Shown here one piece after another: positions 51,084 through 63,507 of a stretch of 64,000 nt of DNA. The notes under the pieces were generated by a model. It saw nothing but the letters and a program-made list of their open reading frames with translations. It did no database searches and was not told the origin of the DNA. Each line of letters starts with the position of its first letter. Position 1 is the stretch's first letter. The DNA lies in assembly GCA_051294905.1 (NCBI GenBank), contig CM119379.1, positions 19,530,001 to 19,594,000 of the forward strand, given 5' to 3'. The translations under genes were made by a program, and so were the position numbers. This DNA comes from Botryllus schlosseri (taxonomy: Eukaryota).

Positions 51084-54000
51084 TTTAGGTTTCCTCTCTA
51101 CGCTGTTTAGCACATCTTTTCCGTATTTAATATAAATAGGCACTGATCTCACATAAATTGGTATTATACTGGTAATAGTATGGAACATTATGCTATATTC
51201 GTTTTCGTTATGGATATCGTGATGATCGTGGTGATTCGAAGCACATGTTAATTTCATTTACCACGATATGCATACTTTTGGAATTCCATTAACACTTTGC
51301 AATCGACAGAGTGAAAAATCGATTTCAACAATCGAAAAGGTGCGAAAATGTAATCATCGCCTCAAGCGCGATTATTAAAGAATTCTTCGCAGGATTTTGA
51401 GTTGAACAAGGCCTTATGGCTGTCTCTAAAGCTGGCGCGATTGGATTTAAACCGAATATAGACCGAGTTACGTGTGATGGCGTGAACTCATTCTATCTCA
51501 TTGTAGCCCGACATGTGTTGCCTGGCCCATATTCGTACATCGGGAAGATTAGTGTTGCTTATACTGAGGGCGTGGAGGATTTTAAGGGCGGCACAAACCC
51601 TACTGAGAGTAATTATGTATTCTTGAACTAGGTATGAGTTTCAGTTGTCCTGACATTTCGACGTGTCCAACAAGGCAATATTATCATAATATTTCATTCG
51701 TCACCATTACGTCGTACCCTCCGTATACTTCACGCTGATGCTTGATTTTGAATGATACCTGATATCGGACCGACCAGAAAACTGAGTTAAAAGTCCCAAA
51801 ATTAACAGCTACCAGCTGTATTCATTCACCAGAGTACGTGGAAACCGCGAAGGTATGGCTAAAGTATTTCTATGTCGTATACCATGCTTATGCAAATTGC
51901 ACAGAATGCACTATATGCATTGTAAATCTAGCTAACAAAGCTTTGAATCTGAGTTGTTTACAATGTCAAAGTAGCGACTCCCGGTATGCTCAACTAGGAC
52001 TAGGGCTAGGACTGGAAAAAAATCGAGTACCCACAAGCCAAGTATTCGAGTGTGGCTATTGTGACGTCATAACGGTATAGATGATTTGAAAGGTCCAAAT
52101 ATGAACCTTCATGCTACCACCAAAAATGATTCCAGGTATTCACCACATTAAAGATAACTTGGTATTTCTCTACCATACCGATTTGGGACAAGGCTGCTTT
52201 AGATAAATATCGTTTCTACTAAACTACGTAGCGTTGTGCCATACGTATTTTGAATGCTGTGATAGTGATTGGACCGATCGAGGTCTCATGGCTTCCATGG
52301 TGGGAAGAAAGTCTCGAAACTATAATATCAGTACTAGAAAAATATCTTCGCTCACTTCTCCACTCGAATCATTGTGTTCACCCTTAATTATGACACATTC
52401 TGTAGGATGTCACTTGTGGAAGAAGCGCATTTTAAGCCATGCCAAAAGTACTCAATTGAATGACTCTATGAATACCATGTAAAAGTGACCACTGGTGTAG
52501 TTAAAATGTTATCTTGTATGCGGCTTTGAATGCATAGGCTAACCGTTGTATCCTACATAATTGTGGCATTGAATTATTATGTTGTAGTCTTCAAGCTGTG
52601 GACTCCCTTATCTGCAGGAATCTTGTAACTTGCGTTAATATGTTATTGTTAGCACCTATCACAACTCGTGTTGATCCGCGATTTGTAAACACCCGAGCGT
52701 GTTTGTTGATTTTTTATCGGTTCAAAGTGCGGCTGCGCGCGCTGCGGGCCTGGCGCTGTAATTTTGCGATAACCTTCAATTTGAGCAACACCATTTTTAC
52801 CTGCTCCGGCCCGACCTGACCCACCGTGGCCTATGACATCTGCTTCTCTTTTAAGCGACAGGTGTGTTAGGAATAATAACACGAAGCAATAACAAACATT
52901 GAAAATGAATTCGGGCGGCCGCGTCTGTTAATCCTCCAACTGTTCCTTTTGATTGAGTGCGAAAGAATGTTATTCAGCCTACACCAGCTATACTATTTCT
53001 GCGCGATCCTCATAACTACGTAGTTAACGCGCGGAATTATTCTTTGGACTCGCAGGTGCGCGAATAATAGAGTATCGAGATAGTCTTTTCTCAATATGTA
53101 ATTGTAATTGAGCTTATATCATGACGACTGCCATTTTGATACGAATTTGAAATCGAGAGATAACAAAAATGACACTGTGTCAAAGTTAAACCGCCTGCGC
53201 ACTTTCACAATGAAAAGCTTTCGTACTGGTATAATATTTACACTTCACCACCTGCATACAGATCGATAGTGTGACATCCGTACGATTAGCGTCAGAAAAA
53301 ATAAACACTAGATTTTATCCCTACTGTAACATGAAAGGCACTTCCGCCTGCCTTCAAGTATCTCGGAGCGATTTCGACGCTAATAGGCTTCTTATTCGTA
53401 TGTACTATCTGTATACCTCCAAGTATTTTCAAGTATGCTGCAATTGCTACATGCAGAATGAACTCAATTACGGAATATTGGAACACGGAATACATGTGGC
53501 GTCTTACCTATATGGGTTCGCGATGCTGTTTAACAGGGAGCATGCGACAAATTATGATTATCGTTCATGCATATAATTTATTGAGTTTGCCGGATAGGGT
53601 GAAAATATAACAATTGTTAGTTCTCTCAGTCTAGCAAATTTAGTAACACGTATATCACCTAACTAGAACCATGTTATACTAGGAATTGGTACAATTTAGG
53701 TGTGAATTTGGCGCGTTTCATTTCGGATTTTCGGCTGTTATTATGCACTAGGTTAATTACGATTTAGGCCTCTATCCCATCTTGCTTGTTGTATATACTA
53801 TCCTATCCTCTATTTGAGAGATAGAATCTGACGTTCGACTTGCAGCGTATAATTATCTAACGATATAATTAGACTTAACCCAATCATTACGCTGCCATGT
53901 AGATGTGGTATAAACAGGAGAAAGTAGCTCGGATGGTAAGCAAAGCTGATGTTGCTTTTACAAATCTACGTCGGCTACGGCCTGAGCGTGCAGTAGTAGA

Positions 54001-54422
54001 GTATGTAGAATCACTTCGCCTTATCACTTTCGAAGCGTTATTGCCTCGATTATATTCCACGATAACGTCACAATACTTTAATTTGGAATAACTGCCTGTA
54101 ACCGTGTGAATGTGAACTTGACGTGGCGTGTTTGCATAGATTCAGATTACGGCACGCCGGGTTCACTCAATCAAATAAACTGCTTGTCGGAATGTAGATC
54201 GCGAAGATCCACCTTCGCAATAATACGGCTTGCGCAAACATCGTTTTACTGCGTAGACGTGTAGTACAACAGATGAAGAACAAATATACAAACACGATAT
54301 TATTTGAAGGAATTCTAGGGTAACAGTCTTCATGCTGCCGAGAGGTTACTTAACACGCAATCTCTGTTCACAGCGGACGCCGCTACAGATACCTCGCTCA
54401 CACAACGCAGCGGCAAAACGAC

Positions 54423-54603
54423 ATGGTTCACAGCGCTGTTTGCGGAAAGATGACTGGCACCCCCGGTCCGGAGCTGACTGGATATACCGCCACACCGCAT
54501 CGAGCAAAAACGAGGATATTCCCACCGTCTCATCTACTGTTATCGTCATTAAAAAGCGTTCATTTTTCTCATATTTTGATCTACACATTATTTTTATCTT
54601 CAG
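54423..54603 (+). CDS. RGM: RGM (repulsive guidance molecule) exon 1, extended signal-peptide-like N-terminus
   Basis: MVHSAV...HFSHILIYTLFLSS ends at TCAG|GTGAGA in phase 1, matching the phase-1 acceptor of exon 2; hydrophobic stretch immediately before the mature domain. Confidence 0.7.
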
Positions 54604-55298
54604 GTGAGATTCCTTCGTCTTTCCGTAACATTCGTAATTTTCAATTGCCGTACTGGTAGAAATGCTATAAATACACCTAACGAACTGTATTAGTAACGAG
54701 AATTTGTCTCGAATCATAATTACGGCCTATATAACGTGGTCTGTTTGAAATATACGCGGGGCGATCAGTGCGCGTTTGCGTCTGTCAACGAGTGTTTTCA
54801 ACGAATATTTTAGATCCTTCCACTATCGTAACGGAGCGAGGCACGTTTTGTCTGTTGACTTTGTCTTTCTGCTGTAATCCTTACCCCATTGCTCACCACC
54901 ATCCACGATTGTGTATCGTCAAAGTAAACCGCTTGAAAAACACCGTTCGGGGTGTAGAAAGGGAAAGGGGAAAACGAGACACCGTGTCGGTTTTTATGCG
55001 GGTTTCATCACGCCAGACCCGAGCCCTGTGCCGATTGATAACTATGAGATTTTGTTTTCAATTCGCCGAAGAACGGCTTAGTTTTTTATTTATATGAGCC
55101 GACGGTTCTGTACCGTATCCTGAACCACCCGCGAATACTTTTAGGATTAGACCCGTGCCGATAGACATTCGAGCCTTTAATGACCCGCGCGCCGCTGACG
55201 ATTTGAACTTAATTGCGAATTGATGCGGGTACAGTCGCGGCCCGGGCACTGGCCCGCGCGGGCTGGGAATGATTGAAAAACACGCTGTCGATTATTAT

Positions 55299-55328
55299 CC
55301 AATGATTTCCTCGTTTGCGTTATATAAA
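55299..55328 (+). promoter_or_regulatory. Candidate CCAAT + TATA core promoter inside RGM intron 1
   Basis: CCAAT at 55299-55303 and TATATAAA at 55321-55328, downstream of a GC/CpG-rich patch (55185-55262); motif evidence only. Confidence 0.3.
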
Positions 55329-55366
55329 CAGGCGACGCGGGACGCACAGCTGTGTCGACTCATCTC

Positions 55367-55470
55367 TAGGGCTGGGCAAACTCGAGCGCCTGGGTGATTC
55401 GATTACGAATCGAGTTTACGCTTGAGTCGAGTGGTCGAGTAACACTCGTGATGACGTCATAATGCCAACG
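55367..55470. repeat. MITE end TAGGGCTGGG/TAGGGCTAGG...CGAGT...TGACGTCATAA; related copy at about 51998-52075
   Basis: Shared terminus and internal ATCGAGT...TGACGTCATAA motifs. Confidence 0.45.
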
Positions 55471-55785
55471 TCAAATATGTACGGTTTATGTAACCACTAA
55501 AATTGAATGTAAGGTATTCACTAGAGATGAAAGGTAATTTGGTAGTTTGTCGACCATACCAATTTGATTGCTTTTTGAGACAATGCTGCGGGTCGGTCAC
55601 TACTTCACAGAAAGCGTCAGTAACGAAGTACTTCTAGGTTTTGGATACTTATATTACTTGTTCAAGTGATTATGATTTTAGAACACTTCTATTTGTACTT
55701 GGCCGTTTTCAGTTTAGGTCCATAGCTTTATGCTGCATGTTTTCTATGCTATGATACGTCCGATGGAGGCTTCAAGGCGTCCGAG

Positions 55786-56284
55786 CAGGCTTGTAACCAA
55801 GTCACAAGGTTCCGAGTCTCAAGTCAATCCCACTTTTATAGTTTTGACTCGAGTCAAGTCGAGTCATTTTCAATTCCTCGCCGAGTCAAGTCCAAGTCGA
55901 TGAGTAGAGGGTCGAGTCCGAGCCATAGTGTTGTGACTCGAGTCAGAGTCCAAGTCATTGTGTTCACTGTTCAGTTTGAGTTCAATCCGGTTCAACACAC
56001 TTTTTTTCAACTCTGCTCCAAGTGATATAGAATGGCTCGCATTCATAATATCGTAATTTTCCTCAGTCGTAACAGTTTCTGACCGTATTCTCGAAGTATC
56101 AGGACTGATAGACGAAATACCTATAATGTTGTGACTTTACTATTCTTCAAAGTTGCCTTGGTCGTACAATTCTCGATTCATATGACTTGGTTCGAGTCAT
56201 GCACAATGACTCGAGTCTAGTCGGGGCATTTTACGAGTCAAGTCGAGTCACCAGAAAATCGGGACTCGAGTCATTACAACCTTG
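55786..56284. mobile_element. hAT-type MITE in RGM intron 1 (family of 1490-1889)
   Basis: CAGGCTTGTAAC...ATTACAACCTTG, many GACTCGAGTC palindromes, TSD CGTCCGAG/GGTCCGAG (7/8). Confidence 0.8.
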
Positions 56285-56472
56285 GGTCCGAGGTGGGAAA
56301 AAATGATCGAAACCTGAATTTCAGTGCTCGGAAATATTGACTGACAGGACACGACTGCAATCACAATATATGTCGTTAATACTTGCGCCAAGCCCAACTC
56401 ATCTCCCAGTTTTCGTTGACAGTATGCTCACTATGCTGGTCTGTGTTCAACTTTTGCGCGTTTGCGTTACAG

Positions 56473-56933
56473 CAAATCCAGTAATATCAAGGCGTTGCGA
56501 CATCGACAAATGCGGCGCACACTACCGATCCATCTCGCCCACGGACGACGCCGAAAAAAGATGCCGCCTGCTGTCGCTTCACGGCAACTGTTTGATGAAA
56601 CTCAACGCCGCCTGCAGGGGGAACTTGCTGTACCACACCAGCGTGCATATTAACGAAAACAAACTGTTGGAGTGGAACTGCTCGCAGGCCTCCACGAACG
56701 CGATCGATTCCGTAAACCGGGCCGCGCCACGGACTAATCAGTGCCTCTACGCGGGCAAGCCCGTGTTCAAGTTTTGCGGGCTTTTCGGTGACCCGCACGT
56801 GCGCACTTTTTCCGATAAACTGCACACTTGCAGCGCCAACGGCTCGTGGAAGCTGGTGGACAACGCTTATTTGACGGTGCGGGCGATTAACAGTCAACTT
56901 CCCGGGCAATTGCGCGCCACTGCAGTCACAAAG
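56473..56933 (+). CDS. RGM: RGM exon 2 (N-terminal BMP-binding domain and start of partial vWF-D domain with GDPH site)
   Basis: CDIDKC...ACRGNLLYHTSV...WNCS...CGLFGDPHVRTF...C...GSWKLVDNAYLTV...ATAVTK are diagnostic RGM motifs; ttacag acceptor and AAG|GTAAGG donor. Confidence 0.95.
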
Positions 56934-59900
56934 GTAAGGATCAGTATGGAATTTATTTGCTGTATAGCCAGGACCTCTATCTACATGTATAAAAAAACAA
57001 GAAGAGCCAAACACTTTATGTAGCATAGCCGCAAAAGCGGTAAATTGCTGGCTAACAAGCAAGGGCATCATTTTCGCCGAGTCACGGCCTCATTGCCTAA
57101 AACAACTAGAAACTATACGGAGACACTTCAAAAATAAATACGGACACATATAGCTCTACAACACCTAGCTTTTCAAAATAAGGCAAAACAGTTGCCAGTA
57201 TTTTAGGCAAAACGAGACCTGGACAGAAATACTTACTGTCTACTTCCTTGAAAATCTTTAGTACTACTTCTACTACTCGAGGGTATAAATTTACGATGTT
57301 ATGGCTACTTCTAATGCAGTACCAATGATCATGATCAGTGATCACTACTTTCGCCACCTCTGGCCGCGTGCAAAATCGTTATTTAGCGGAAACTGGAAAT
57401 TGTTATCCACTCTTATGGTGTAAGTGTAGGGCTGATTTCTGCGGTTCAAAGTATACGTCTGGAGCGTTTGGATTGGGCGATAATGCGCATTTTGGTATCG
57501 TTATTTTGTATTACTGCATTCTCGCGTGTCTGCTCATCAATGTGCGGTGTTCTTGTTGGACTTGAAAGCGGTCTTTAATTTTTTCAAATCTCTAAAATCA
57601 ATCGTGGTTCGTGATCCTTTTGTACAGTATTAGAAATTAACGCAGTTGTTCCTGCTAACACATGAATTCGGATATGGTGGTTTTAGTGAATGCTAAAAAA
57701 GCAATCTATACTGTCTCAACAGAACAATATTACCGTCGAAATTTGACGTCATCAACCTACCATTTGGAACACAGCTGTCGATCAAATCGCAGCGAAGCGT
57801 ATGTTGAAGATGTTGTCGAGTGCGCGGTTTCATTAAATAACCGGTTGTTAGCCTAGATAACCTTGTAGCGAGGCACGAAATATCGAATCTCGCCGAGGCA
57901 ATTTTGATTTTCAAGTGGGCGCATGCTTCATCTCGCGTGGTCGATATTTACGGATTTTCGTCCGTTTGTCGTCTCGTTAATCATTGATGTTGTGCGGTAC
58001 GAAGGCACGGGCCCGGTACACAATGGGCGTTGTAGCTTTGAATTTACCGAACTGGTTTATTATGTCGGAATCCTGTCAAATAGTTACTCTCGTGCTGTGA
58101 ATGGGCTTTTAATTGAGCAAATAATCCGATATCAAATGAAGCGGGTTGTGCTTGGAGCCGACGCGGCTTTGGAGTAAACCCGCGTGCCGTGCCCGACGCC
58201 GGCAAAGGGCAACTGGCTGTATTGGTAGAGCGACGTGTGGCAGATAACCGATGCGAAATATGCATTTAATGGTACTTGTGTCTTGTCACACTGTGGCGAT
58301 GCTTAGCTACCAGATTAAAAGTCGTTTTTTGCGATTTTCATATCAACGATGAATTTTGATCACGGATGTCTTGCATCGTCATCATCACTATGTGGCAGAA
58401 GTATGACATCAGTCACCATAGTCTAAATTTAGAGTACAGCCTTATCACTGCTGGTGATAGAGAATTACATAAATTCTGTGATGTTAGTATTGTTTTTGTC
58501 CTCATGACTGAATCTGAAAACGCTTTTTTTCGTTGACTTAGAAATTATGGGTGTAGTCGTATGTTTTCAGCAACCACTGTGCGTCGCGGTCACATTGTCA
58601 CGTAACAGCTACAACGCTATAATTGCTAAATTAAGGGCGTTCCCGCCCTGTTCCGTATCCGACTACGCCTATGCGCATCACCACCTCAATTTCAACCCAG
58701 GCAACATCATTTCCGTTATGCACGGGCCGGTGCACTTGAAATAGAACTTCGACAATCGACATCCTATAACCTCTTTCGCAGTAACGCGATATCACTTACG
58801 GTCTGGCGTGAATCCTTTTCCGCCTATGCTGCGCTGTAGTGAGCGATAATTGTCATGGTGCGTACCATCCCGGTGTCGCCAAGGCGGTACGGCTTTGCGA
58901 GTGACGTAACGAAGCGAAAATCCACCAACGCGAGGTGAATACGTTCCAGAACAACGAGTTCGGGGTCAGCTCACGCGTGGGATAGACGCGCTAAGTGTTT
59001 AAATGACGCGATTCTCACCCTAAGTGTGAAACTTATCGGTTGGGGCGTAAGATGATTAGTTAGTGCTTTCGTTGGTGATGGCTGTTCTTGCCTTTCGTCT
59101 GTACAGCCGCTGACAATTATTGATTGCGGTTCTGATGTATCCTATTGTGACGAAAACACGGTGGCGTCTTCCGGCCCTGTTTACGAAAAGCGGCCTTTCA
59201 ACTTCGACGTATGGTATGTCGTATGTCGGTAATATAATTCTTATCTAATTCGTGAAATGTTTCAATGCTTTAATTTTGCTTCAAATCTAATTTCTGGTGC
59301 TACTGAAAATGCTACAGCAGAACCGTATAGCGCGAAACGAGCCAGGCTTAACGAGAGAAACTATTACTTAGCAAACTCCTTGTTGATTAATCGCCTGTTT
59401 TGGATAAGAAGGAATGCGGGAGTTTTCCTTTATTTGCGTAGGCATTACCATTTTGCGAAAAGGCAGCTATCTCCTCCCGGATGTAAACAATATTGGTGGG
59501 ATAAAGAGACAGTTACAGTTAACTATACAACCGTAAGATAGCCGCGCATATATTGATAGTACCGGTGGTGTTTGGGGTTTCCATTCGCTCCGGGTCAGTT
59601 GGCGTGTCGCGGAGAGCGAATGGATGCGATGACTCTGTCTTTGAGTAATTTCCCGTAAACACGCAGTATTTTGATTACCGCAGCCTAGATCGCATACCGG
59701 ATTACGGCGCAACAGGTGCGAACGGAACGGATTAGCCTCCATCATGAGATGCAACGAGGCGAGAAGAGCTTTCGTCTCGATATTTGGCCAAAGAAGGCGG
59801 CTTTGCTGCGTTCGCGCGCGTTTTGGGGTGAAAATGCGTCGTCTCGGGCAATTTTTCGGTGCATTTCGTGCCCTAAACGATATTGATGATGCCTCGACTT

Positions 59901-62719
59901 AGTTTAGCTTTCATGGGGATGTGAATATGGATTTTGACGAGACCCCGAAGCGAGCTTTGATGTAGCAGCCCCGTCATTAAACTTGAGATAATATTTGGTT
60001 TTATGATAACCGACAGCGGGGCAGCGCCTTTTAAAGCGATAAAAAGTGGGTCTTTGATACGAAACGTCGCGGATTTAGTGCGCTTCTCGGGATCGCAGCA
60101 ATATCCAATTTTATTGCGGGTTGTAATTTCGACACATGCCTGGATAACAGGGAATGTTGCGTTCGTGTCTGCGTATGAACGATTTTGAGGGATTACTTGT
60201 GAATATATTTTCGAATAGTTGGAATTTATGATATTTCTCACCACACAGCCTATTTTAGAATCTACTATTTGGATGGTGAGATGTCCGATGGATATATCGT
60301 ATGACAATAACGACGCTGCTTCATATTAGTACAGTGTGCTAGCCAGCAAAATATTATTTTGTATGACTCTCAAAATCATTATATCCTTACGACCTCTCTC
60401 CAGCGACCGCTCATTCTATATAGTGTATATACCCTTCCCATCGATAACACATCAAGTGCGTCCTTGTTCACACCGTTAAGTGAGCACAGGCACAAAGGCA
60501 GCCTGCCGTAATTGTACTCGACGACCTCGCGTAAGCGTAATCCCCGCGATTCCAAGTACCCATGTAGGGTAAAATCAGTAATACGAAGTTGCTACGCCAA
60601 TGAGCAGTCAAAAAGGAAATTTCGCCAAGACCAGTTGAAATATACGCCTGATTGATACGCCTAACCGTGCGACAAGGTCTTGTTTTCGCAACTTTGATGA
60701 ACTGTACTTCGTTTTTCAATTCGTAGCTGGTGCCACGTTGATTGATAGCGCGTGGATTTTATTAGGCAATGCGGAAAGCTTCACTTTTAAGTGAAACGGG
60801 CTGACGCGCCTTATTAACTATTGGCTGTTATCCTTATTTATTAAGAACACCCTCGTCGCGATATTAACGGCAATCAGGCCACTGAACAGGGGGATATCCA
60901 CCAGGTGTGTTATTACTGAAAAATGCTCCTAAAATTCAGTGATTAATAGTCACCACTTCATCATCGTTTCGACCACTTTCATAACTTAATGGAACGCATC
61001 ACCATCCCGTTAATCTCGCCAGGCCGTACATGATCGATGGCCTATCATAATGCGGCATTGTTTCCTTGCGTGGCGCGGTACATTCCTTTGCGTACGGAAA
61101 ACCAGCAGAACATAAAGATAACCGCGATTTTGCTGCCGATATAAAACAGGACACCTGGTGCGTACGCATCAAAAGGTCAGCACTATTTTCGACGATGGAT
61201 GAATCGAATTAGCGCGCGGATGTGTCGGAGGCTGTGTCCGCGCGGTTTCAATTACGGAAATTCTTCGATTTTTACGCTCGCTGCGATCCAGCTTTGTATA
61301 CGCCCGCGAAGTGTAATCACTCAGTGAAATCTGGTTAATACCCAAATTCATTCATCACGTTTTAAAGGATCGAGTTTGTCAGCTTGGCCTTATCTCTATT
61401 CTCAGTCGCGTTACCCGATATTGTTGCGCTTAATTTGTGATGTTTGCTCCGGTAATTCTTCTCGGCGTGGCAAAACTGGGAGTTTTCAATTTCACTGTAC
61501 AGCGATCCAGCTACGTCACGATAGTACTTGACAGCATCGATTGTCGTGTATATTTTTGGCTGTTCTTTATTTGTCAACACTGGCGAGTGGCGAGTGCGCG
61601 ATTCGGGTTCAGCTTATCTCGAAGAAAGCTGGTATGCTGATTGTGCAATGTGCAATGTAGTGTAGGTACGGTACATAGATATATCTTACAAAATATCAAC
61701 ACTTACGAGGTTACTGTACGATGTATACGTGCAGCGTGCTTTGTTGAAGATAAATTATTAGTGGCGAAGCTACGAATACAAATACACTTGTATCTCTAGT
61801 TTTATCACCAAGCACTCGTCACACATTCTTTGTGCTGCGATGGCAGAAATATGTTGAATAATATGTCTTTTTGACTTAGACCACCCGTTGTTTCGCGCTG
61901 CCCGTTCTATCGATCAAACGGTTAGGTTTGCTGCGCCTCTGTCAAGTTACAGAGATAGGCTTCGTACCGCCGAATGTTCATTTGGCGATGTTTTTGTCAA
62001 TGCTCGCTCGGCCGTGTAACTACTGCCGTATTCGCGCAACATTCCTGTGTTATCTATTGGGCCGGGTGCAGCGATTCAAGTGTCCTAATCCTAGTCTAGT
62101 GATGAGAGTCGATCTTTACGAGTAACGAAAATATGTGGCTTTACACCAAGAGCAATATCCCGTTTAGCCGGTACAAACATGTCGCACAAGGCTACGAATA
62201 TTCATGGAGCGGCATTTATGACAAGCAGTGTTCGAGATTCACATCCGTCATAAAGCTCTACGAAATAAGTCATGGTTCAGTTCAGAAATAGGAAATTATT
62301 TTGCATGGCGTTGAACAGGCAATATTTTCCGTGTGGCCGTAAAAACATACGTATTTGAACTTTGAAGGCATTATTACTGTTATGACGTCAAAAGTGTTGG
62401 TCAGACTTGTACAAACTACCAATTTAGATAATTGAGGGTCAACTACAACTACTAGTTCTAGTTGCGAGTATTCAAAAGTAAGTACTTCTATAACTAGTTC
62501 TAGTTGCGCATTTCGAAAATCCAGTAGCTCGTACAGATCAGGTACTGAGTACTGATACTCTCGAATCACCGAGGTGCTCGATTTTGCGCAGTCCTATAGT
62601 TATATCTCTGAACAGCTTCTTGGAGGTACAGAACTTCAATATACAATTGAATATACTATTCAAGTTATATCTCTGGAGTCGTGTAACCCGCGGCTAATGT
62701 AACAATCCTTTGCTTCCAG

Positions 62720-62923
62720 CTTGTGGTCTATGTGCGGAGGTCGGGAGAGTGCGCGAAGAAGAAGCGTTACCGCGCCGACATTCGCGAGCCGCTGCCGGCC
62801 ACGTTTGAGGACGGAAGCTCTCACACGGGGACGAACGAAAGCGTGAACATCACGGTGCAAGATTCGGGTAAAGAAGTGCGAATCGACGTGAGGTTTATCG
62901 CTACCACGATCGTTATTCGACAT
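62720..62923 (+). CDS. RGM: RGM exon 3
   Basis: LVVYVRRSGECAKKKRYRADIREPLPATFEDGS...VRIDVRFIATTIVIRH matches RGM ...LPAAF.DG...YIGTTIVVRQ; 204 nt, phase 0, ttccag acceptor and GTAAGT donor. Confidence 0.93.
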
Positions 62924-63507
62924 GTAAGTATCATGTTTGAAGGATTGTTTCTTTTGTCGTTTATTTCCGGGTAAAGGTCTGCAGCAGGAACTTGATGGTG
63001 CGCAGGGGTGGTAAAAGTAGTCGCCGTTGGTACTCAAGTAGAAGTAACGTTGTAAATTTCTAGTCAAGTACAAGTACGAGTAGCGATCTGCAAGTAAGTG
63101 ATAAAGTAATTATTATGGGCCTATAGTTTTGCCTACAAAAACTGAGCACATTCAGAAGTGGAAGAATGATAAAATCATTCATAACCACCTAATAAATAGA
63201 TCAAGTCTACCAAACCTACTTGAGTACTCGAAATACTAGAAGTACCCTCTGTATTTTGGGTTAGGTTCTGGTCCGGGTTGAGTGAGGGTTAATTTCGGGA
63301 TTGGGTTATGAAGTCCAATGCTCGGCTGTCGCCGTTCGGTGTTCATGCGTTGCATGATCGGATGTTGGCAAAGTTTAAGATCAATCATCAGCAGCTCGTT
63401 GATCTCGCGTTTAAACCAGTCCCTAAGGCTGTTCATTTTCAGTATTCACTGTTCAAATGCATACGCAGTTGAATTGAGTTTCAAGCCTTTATTTTCCCCG
63501 TACACAG

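Noticed and set aside
50982-51257. KPKFTRQNYEL resembling a cadherin repeat start
   Set aside because: No DxNDN/LDRE/DxD motifs; isolated short match.
56487-57071. 194-aa minus-strand ORF
   Set aside because: Antisense shadow of GC-rich RGM exon 2; the same applies to 63627-63926, 63643-63918, 11818-12264 and 714-1067.
59467-60307. Two adjacent antisense ORFs in RGM intron 2, one with VCDLGCGN resembling SAM-methyltransferase motif I
   Set aside because: No other methyltransferase motifs and no convincing splice partners; long open frames are expected in GC-rich DNA.
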